A DNA stretch of 46,771 nucleotides, from the NCBI GenBank assembly GCA_004022145.1, contig RCNU01000021.1. One strand, given 5' to 3'. Under the pieces are notes generated by a model, which had not been told where the DNA came from, made no database searches, and saw nothing but the letters and a program-made list of their open reading frames with translations. The translations under genes and the position numbers were made by a program. This document shows positions 38,037 to 46,771 of the stretch, in pieces (the stretch's first letter is position 1; every line of letters starts with the position of its first letter). This DNA comes from Paecilomyces variotii. Taxonomy: Eukaryota.

Positions 38037-41000
38037 AAATAAAGCTAAATATAGGGGGTATTAAAATATTAAGCAGAAATAAAAGAAAAAGAAGAATTAG
38101 AAGCTAAAATTAAGGCTAAAGCTAAAAAAAGAAATAAAAAGTAATAAAAAGATAAGCAAAATAACTAAAGATAATTACCACTATAAATAAAAAAAAATAA
38201 ATATACCTTTTAAATTAGTAGAGATAATAAAAATAATATAGGGCAAAAATATATATTAGCAATAAAAAAAAGAAAAATTGCTAAATATAAGGAAGAGCTT
38301 AATAAATATAAAAGAGAAGTAAAAATTTAGAAAGAATAAGAAATTATTAAGCAAGAATTATTTATTAAAAAATAGAAGAACTTCTTATTATTATTTTTAT
38401 TATTATTTTTTTAAAAAAATATAGAGAAAAGTACTAATCTTTTTAGTATTAGTTAAGATAAAAAGACTCTTAACTCCTTAATATTACTAAGTCTAGAGGT
38501 ATAAATAGTCTAGGCATTTAAAAATATAGGACTATTAATAATATAATTAATCTAGATTATATTAGCTCTATAAATATTAATATCTAAGAATCCTAGGGTA
38601 CTTTATTTTAAAGGAGATAATATTACTTATTACCTAAGGCTTTTTAAGAGATTATATAAGGCAAACTAATTCTTAGAAAAGGAAAAAACTAAATAGTTTA
38701 TAAACTATTATAGCCTATTAATATTATTATAGATAAATATTTAACTTAAATATAAAAAAAAGAACTACTTAAAACTAGCAGAAGTAACTAAATAAAAGTA
38801 TGCTTATTATAATAAATATTAAAGGAAATATAATATTTAATAGCTAAAAAGGTTTAAAAATATAAAATATAATAGCTTTAAGAATCTAAAGAAATATAAC
38901 TAAAAATATTAAGCTATATTAAAAGCGCTAATAACTTTAAGTAAGTTAAGCTAATACTTACAGAGAGTTTAATATTTTTAAAAACTTCTAGAGGAATTTA
39001 AGTAATAGGTAGTTTAAGAGTTAAATATAGACTACTATATTCTGTCTATTATTAAATATATTAATTTCTATAAGAAGGTAATAAATAGGGTAAAAACTAT
39101 TAAAACCCTTTGCTATCTTAATAGTAAAAAACTAAAAAAAGATTAAAATATAGCAGCTTTAATAAAGGAGAAGATAATTAAAAAAGATAATATATAACTT
39201 CTTATTAAATCTAATAGAACTTACTTAAATAAGAATAAGAATAGGACTAAATAATAAAGCATTAAAGTAAAGTTAATAAAGCAATTATAGATTAATTAAT
39301 TAATAAAAGAGTTTAAAAAGTTAAAACTATATAATATATAGTATATAGGGAGGCTTAATAATAGTATACCTAATACTAGTATAAATATATAAGCTAGAGT
39401 ATCTTTAGAATTTACTTTAGCTAGAAGATCTAAAATTTTTTTAAACTTATATAACTTTTGCTAGGCTTTTAATTATATTTAATCTTATTACTTAAATCTA
39501 AAGAACCTCTTAAATTAAAAACTTATTTATTAAAGAAAAGATTATAAACTTTACTTTAAATTAAAAAGGCAGAATAAAGAAGTTATTTATCTTATCTAGA
39601 GAAATATATTATAAAAAACAATTATTAAACAGAGACTAAAAAAAGAATAGAAGTAAATTAGTTTAATTAGATATAATATATAGTCTATTATACTAAGATA
39701 AATTAATAATAATTTAAGCTTTAAGAAAGAAGCTAGCAATATTATAGAAGATTATTATTTAGTTAATATAATAAGATTAAAAAAGCCTTAAGAAATAAAG
39801 AAGAGATAGAGTAGGATTAAATAATAATATAAAAAAAAACTATAAAGAGTAATTAAATAAGAATAAAAATTCCTCTTAATTAAAATAAACTAGTTTAATA
39901 ATTATTAATTACTAAATATAATTAAGCAAGTAAGAGTAATAAATAAAAATATAAAAAAAGCACCTAAACTAAGTAAAAGTAAAAAAATAATTAAGATAAG
40001 AAAAAAACTATCTCTAAGAAAGTTTAAAGTAATAAATAAACTAAAAGAGACTATAGATATAATAAGTATTATAAACTAAATCTTAGATACTAGGGTTTAA
40101 ATATCTATTAGAGATTTTATTAGATTGTCTCCTAGGCTTTATAAAGCCTTATTTACCCCTTAACTATAACTAGTAATAACTAAGATATTATTCTATAACT
40201 CTAAAGCTATATAATTTAATACTTTAATATCTAATACAGAATATATAGTAAATAGTTTAAATTAATATACTTATATATTATTATAATTTAAGCCTCTTAA
40301 TAATAATAGGGTATTATATATAGCTATAATTCTAAAACTGCTTATTAAAATTAATAAATATAAAGAGTTATAAAATATTATAGTAAATAGCAGAGCTAAA
40401 ATTAATATAATATATAAAGATATAATAAATTACTATAAGCTTATTATAAGCTAGAAGTTTAAGGGCAATATAATTTTAGTAAATAGTAGATAAACTCTTT
40501 TTATAAGTCTCTATAAAAAGGTATTTATATAGGTAGAATCTTTCTATTATAAGATCTCTTTCTTTATAATAAATAATAGGATTAATTATAACTATATCCT
40601 AGGACAACTATTTAAATATTAAATATACTTAAGATATATAGCCTTATTTAATAGAATAGTAGAAAGCATAATTTATTTTATAGATTAGAAGAATTAGGCA
40701 GTAATATAGGTATTTTTAATAGATAATTTAAGAAATAAGTTAAAGGAAGAGATATTATATAATCTATTATCCTAGGTATAAAAGTTATTAAATTAAAGCT
40801 AAAAAGAAATAATAAATATTAAACTAAAAATAGAGAAGGCCTGCAAGAGCTATATTTAATAAATAATATTAGTTTTAAAGTAAGTAAAGAAATTAAAAAT
40901 AAAGGGGTAAAGATATTTAAACCTATTAAATTAAATAAAAAAGTTAAAAAGTTATAGGGGTATAGACTATCTAAAAGGTATAACTTTTTTATTATAAAAA

Positions 41001-44000
41001 TAAAATATTCTATTAATATATAGTATAAGAAGAAATATAAAAAGGTTTATTTAATAAATATATTAAATAGACTTATAATAGCTTTAGAGAGGCTATTAGA
41101 ATAAAAAGAAGTTATTAAGAAACGCTATTATAAAAATCCTTAAAAAAATATAAAAAAAATATATAAAGGATTTACTAAATATATTTAGCTAAAGATATTA
41201 GATATTAAAAGAGGAATAAGACTAATATTAAACTATCTGAAGAACTTTATTATAGGAGATAATCTATAGCTAAAAAAGAAAAAATTATTAATAGAGGTAC
41301 TTTTTGCCTAAAAAGCAGCTCTTATTTAGACCTTTAAAAAAATTAGATAAATATATCTAAAAGTTATATCTCTAATTATTATTTAGACTATAAATTATAA
41401 ACTATAGCAGGCAAAAAGCTTTATAATATTAAAAACACTCTATAATATAATATAAGAAATAATAAAAGAGAGGATAAATATAGGAATCCTTAAATATAAT
41501 TAAAGATTCTACTAAAATCTATAGTTTTTAGTAAAAAAGAAAAGTAATAAATATTAGCTAATTAATATAGCTATAGAAGTTAATTAAATAATAATATAAG
41601 ATATTAATCTATCTCCTTTAGCTAATAAGTTCTTAGAAGAGTTTAGTAAAATATTAGTATTAATATTTATAGACTTATTCTCTAAGTATAATTAGTTAAA
41701 ATTAGCTAAAGAATTATAGGACTTAATAGCTTTTTATATATTAGAGATTAGTTTAATTTATTAAGCTAGACTATTTTAAGGATAGATAAATATAATATAA
41801 GAGTTTATATAAGAGATTATAAGAGTATTAGTAGATAATATCCCTAATATCTATAATATATTTCTAGATAATATATTAATATAAAGACCTAAGACTAATT
41901 ATAAAAGAGAAGAGATACTGTTAGAAATTAAAAGGTTTATATTTAAATATATCTAGAATATTAATAAGATATTATATAATTTTAAACTTATAGGTTTAAT
42001 AATTACTAGAGAGAAATTATAATTTATAATATTAGGAATTAAAGTAATAGGCTATATATATAATGCTAAAGAGAGATATCTTAAGTTAATTAAAGTAATT
42101 AAGATCTTAAAATAACTATTTTATTAAAACTTATAGAAAGCAAGAGAATTTTTAAGGGTTATAGCCTATTACTAGATATAGATTAAAGGATATACTATTA
42201 AGGCTAAGCTAATATACTTAATATTAAGAAAGGGATAAGACTTTTTTTAAAGGCTAGAATAATAAAAAATAATAAATATCTTAAAAGTAGCCCTAATAAT
42301 AGCACTAGTATTTAAGCTAATTAATTATAGAAAGGGAGATATAATTATTATTAATATTAATACTAATAATAATAAATAGAGGGCATAACTTATTTAAGAA
42401 AAAAAAGAGTCTAATAAAAAATACTTAGCTAGATATAAAAGTAAAATATAGATATAGATAGAGAAATAATATAATAGAGAAAAATTAAAGTGCAGGATAG
42501 TATTAAAAATACTTTATAAATTCTAAGTATACTTATATAATATATACTTTTAACTAGAGGTAAATATAAAAATTTTAATTATATAATTAAATAGAATAAT
42601 TATAGATCTCCTTAAGTTAATAATTACTTAATAAATTACTTAGATTTAGCTATTTAACTTTAATATTATCTATATATTAGAGAAAAAGAACTTAATTATA
42701 GATAAATTATCTTAGAAGCTAGTAATAAAATAAAACCTAAAAAAGACAGAAAATAATAATATAAAAAAATTCCTAGACCTATAGTTTTATATAATTTATT
42801 ATACTAATATATAAGAAGTAGAATTAGATAATATCCCTTAATTAATACCTATATTATATTAGTCAGAAAAGTCTTTATTAATTATAGAATAGTTATAAAT
42901 TATAATAAAACTAGATAATATAAATTAGAGATAATATACTAAGTTTAAGAAGAAGGCTATAAAGTATATAATATAAAATAATATCTTTTTCTAAAAAGTA
43001 TAGTAGAATTAGCCTTATTAAATAATTATTAATAATAAAAGAAAGTAAAAAAAGATCTTTATTACTCTTTATAAAGAATATAGATATTAAAAATATAAAG
43101 CAATATATAAGAAAGTAGCTAATCAATATTAGTAAAAAGGCTTATATAAGTATATTGCTAAATAGGTAAAGATATATAATAAGTATTAAAAAGCTAATAA
43201 AGAATATATAAAAGAAGCTTTATAATTAATATTTATTTTATTAAGGAGATTAAAGCTATACCTAAATATTTATAAGATTATACTACTTAATAAAAGAAAG
43301 ACTTATATTATTATATTTTAAGATAACTTTAGCTAAGTTAAATATAAAGCGCTTAATAGCCTTATTTTAGAAGCTATTATTAAATTCTTATAAAAAGACT
43401 AGATTTATTACTAAGAAATAATAGAGACTCTTATTAATAATAGAAGACTAGAGAATAAAGTTATAGTTAATATATTAATATAGAAATATAAGATTAACTA
43501 TATTAAAGTCTTATTATATAATCTATAAGTAAATAAAGCAGTTAAAGTTATATATAAGTTCTTTATATATAGTATTAGAAAACTTGTAAAAAAAATAGGG
43601 ATAAATTAGATAAATTATTTACCGGCTATAATTTAAGCAGATAGGAATATAGTTAAGATTTCTACTAATTTAATATTATTTAGAGTAATTATAGGATATA
43701 ATACAATATTACTAATTAAACTAAAAGTATTTATCTAGAAGATATTAATATAGGATAAAGTTAAAACTATAGAAGACCTTCTCCTTCTTTACGCGAAGCA
43801 GATAAAACTTAAAAATTAAGATATAGAAGAAATATAGCTTTATATCTAATATATAAAAAAAGCTAGTAAAGAAGCCTTTAATAATAAAAAGCAATTTTAT
43901 AAAAAACAGCTAATTAAAGAATAACTTATTTTACTCTATAATATAAAGCTTAAGATATTTTATTTTGCCAAACTAGTATATTACTAGCTTAAACTATATT

Positions 44001-46771
44001 AAATTAAGGAAATCCTTTAAAAAGATTCTTATAAGTTTAAGAAGTTAAATAATATAGCTTTTTAAGATTTAATCTATAGAAATTGCTTAAAAGACTATTA
44101 TTTATAAGATAACTAAGAAGATATACTAGCAGTAAATAATAATATAGAATTTAAGTAAGAAAATTAGTAAATAAATAATAATAAAGATAATGCAGACTAG
44201 ATATTATTTAGATCGGAATATATAGTTATTATTTTAGCATTTTCTTTTTAAAAATATTAGTTTAAAAGGAGAGAAGCAGAAAGCTAGTAATAAAGTAAAT
44301 TTAATATTAAATAAGGAGTTAGTTTAAAAGGAGAAGAAATAAAAGAATAATAATAAAATAAATACTAGTATTATAATAAAAAAAAAAGAAGAGTAAACTT
44401 AAAATAAGGGCGTCTTCTTTAAGGGAGAGAAAGGATTTAAAGATATTTAATAATAATTAAGAAAGAAAAAAAAGAGAGATAACTAAAAAATATATAATAT
44501 TAGTTTAAATATCTTGAAAAAGTCTATAAATAAAGCTAAAAATAGAAAATATTAGATAAAGAATATAAATAATAAATAAAGAATTCTTACCTTATTATAA
44601 AAACCTTATTTTTTATATTATATAATATTATAATAAAAGTAATTAAAGACTAAATTAAGCTAAACTTAATTTTATCTTATCTTTTAAGTATATCTTTTTA
44701 CTTAAAAATTATTTTAAAAAGTTACTCTATAAAGATATATATTAAAAATAGAAGAAAATATACTAGAAATATAAAATATTATTTATTAGGATAAAGCTTT
44801 TTAACTTAGAATATATATATATACTATAGTTAGCAAAATTTATAAGTTTATAAAGGAGATAATAAGTAAGGCTAATAATAAAGAAGAGAAAGTTTAGTTT
44901 ATAAGCAATATAGCAGTAATTATTTTAAATTTTAAAGCAGATATAATAAAATAGCTAGTAATTTTTATAATTTTCTAAACTAATAAGAGCTATTAAAAGA
45001 AATAAAAAAAAAGAAGTACTAGCTATTAATAAATTAAAAGAATTAAAAATATAAGCAGAAAAGAACTATAAATATACTAATAAAGGCTATTATAAAGCTA
45101 TAGAGAAATAGGGCTAAGAGATTATAGACTAAGTCTTATTAATTATTAAATAATTATACTAGACCTTAATAGCTATAAGAGGATTAGCTTTTAATATTAG
45201 AAACTAGAGAATAGCAGCTATATATCTAGTAAGAGTATAGGTTAATAAACTTTATAATATTAAGAGATAAGGAATATTAACTAAAAAGAGCCTTTAACTA
45301 ACTAATATTAAAAAGGTAAGAGATATCTTAAGAAAAGCCTTTAATAAAAAAAGACTAATTTTTTAAAAACCTACTAATAAAAAATTATAAGAGGTTAGAA
45401 TAAAAGTAAAAAAAAATAATCTTTTAAAAGAGATTATAGGAGAAGAGAAAAAATATTAAATAAAAAATTTAGATAAGAGCTTATTAATAAATCTAATATT
45501 AAATAAAAAAGAAGAAAGTATAAAGGAGAAGAAGAAAAAAAAGAAGAGAATTAAAAGTCTTAAAAAGCTAAAAAGAGAAAAAAAGCTTAAAACTTAAAAT
45601 AAAAAGAAATAGCTAAAAAAAGGATATAAATATAAGATTAGTATATCTATATTAATAAAAAAGGCTATTGCTAACCTAAAAGATAAAAAAATATTAGAAC
45701 TTTTAAGAGAAAAAAAGATTAAACCTATTACTATATACTAAGTTTATATTAAAGAAATATAAAGTATAATAGGACTAAGAAATATAAAAAATAATATTTT
45801 TAGAGAAAGGTTAAAAATACTTATAAATAATAATAATAACTTTAAATATTAGAATATTAATATAAATTACTAGAAATAGTTTTAAAGAGAATAAAGATTT
45901 AATACTAATTTTAAGGATTATTACTGCCTAGATAAGGAGGAAATTAAAGCATAATCCTAGCTAAGTAGACTAAATATAAGTATTAAAAAGATTAGAGAAG
46001 TCTTATAATAAGTTAATTCTAAGAAGATTAACTTAATTTATAAGCTATATATATAATTATTAGCTAATATAATTAACATAAGAGAAGATATATCTATAAA
46101 AGAAGCTAGAAGAGTATTAAAAGTAATTAAAAATATAAAACTAATAGTAGTAAAATAATAGAAAAAGAGATTATTTAAAGCAATAACTTATCTTTATAGA
46201 AGTTTATTTAAAGAGATTAAATAATTTATAAGCAAAATCTTTAAAAATAAATAGGTAATAAAACCTCCTAGTAAAGCTTTAAAAATTAATATAAAGCCCT
46301 CCTTTTCTATAGTAAATTTAGAAGACCCCTTTATTAAAAAAGAAACTAAATATTTAAAAAATATATAAAATGCTAGAACTATATAATTTAAAAATAATTT
46401 AAAGATTAAGTAGATATTAAATATATTTAGCAATAGCTAGATTAAAAAAGAATAAAAAGTCCTATTTTAAGAAGTCTTAAAAATATAAAAATAGAAATAA
46501 TATAAAAGTTAAAAAAATCTTATCTAAAGACTTTCTCCCTAAGAAATTCCTGATATTAGAGATAGTTTAACTATTTAAAGATCTTAAGTTAATTAATATA
46601 GATATTTTTAATAATATACCTAATAGTTTATATTATAAAGCTTAAGATAACTTATATAGGGCTAAAGAATATCCTAAATCTAAGTATAGGGATAGAAAAT
46701 ATTTTAATTTAAGTAAAGAAGACTTTACCCTAAATAAAATATAGAACTAATATATTTAGTTAAATATTATA
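37600..46771 (+). mobile_element. Ty3/Gypsy LTR retrotransposon (no chromodomain; Ylt1-like style), heavily RIP-mutated, apparently running past the right edge
   Basis: De-RIP reading gives gag 'PG(AP)YF.GDN.T.YL' (~38590) and a CX2CX4HX4C knuckle (39450-39491). It also gives protease 'V(D)S(G)A(E)IN' (~40380), RT 'DLFS(G)Y(DQ)', 'L(PQ)G(WT)N' and 'FLD(D)' (41861), and RNase H '(V)(D)(A)S...WGA' and '(A)D(G)LS(R)'. Integrase follows with HHCC (~43060-43190), 'D(GGP)ENK...YN(PQ)AN(G)AV(E)' (~43435-43550) and a GPY module (~43990). The order PR-RT-RH-INT is Gypsy-type. Confidence 0.9.

Larger units (their letters stand above)
35844..46771. other. AT-rich RIP (repeat-induced point mutation) island
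   Basis: Abrupt GC drop, near absence of CpA/TpG and CpG, strong TpA excess, and TAA/TAG at positions where Trp, Gln or Arg codons are expected in conserved TE motifs. Confidence 0.95.

Noticed and set aside
42911..46433. Two minus-strand I/L/F/Y-rich ORFs in the AT-rich island
   Set aside because: Compositional artefacts of RIPped DNA antisense to the retroelement.

Overview
Eukaryotic DNA from a filamentous ascomycete (Eurotiales/Aspergillus-like by protein style and short GT-AG introns with CTRAY branch sites). Bases 1-35.8 kb are ordinary gene-rich sequence carrying seven genes. They are the 5' part of a DENN-domain gene (-), mannitol 2-dehydrogenase (-, with a 1-nt frameshift near the 3' end), vps15 (-), a divergent 16-exon Yvc1/TRP-like cation channel (+), a three-finger C2H2 transcription factor (+), idi1 (+) and a GMC oxidoreductase (-). 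A flavin monooxygenase pseudogene fragment (~9.5-10.2 kb) and other decayed coding remnants (~29.3-32.6 kb) lie between them. From 35,844 to the end the sequence becomes an extremely AT-rich, RIP-mutated island: the 3' end of a hAT transposon (TIR plus transposase remnant, -), followed by a non-chromoviral Ty3/Gypsy retrotransposon (+; gag-PR-RT-RH-INT). Downstream of pol there is an unexplained ~2 kb ORF-like region preceded by a near copy of a TATA-containing motif from the putative LTR. All calls come from manual reading and recalled motifs; no database search was run.
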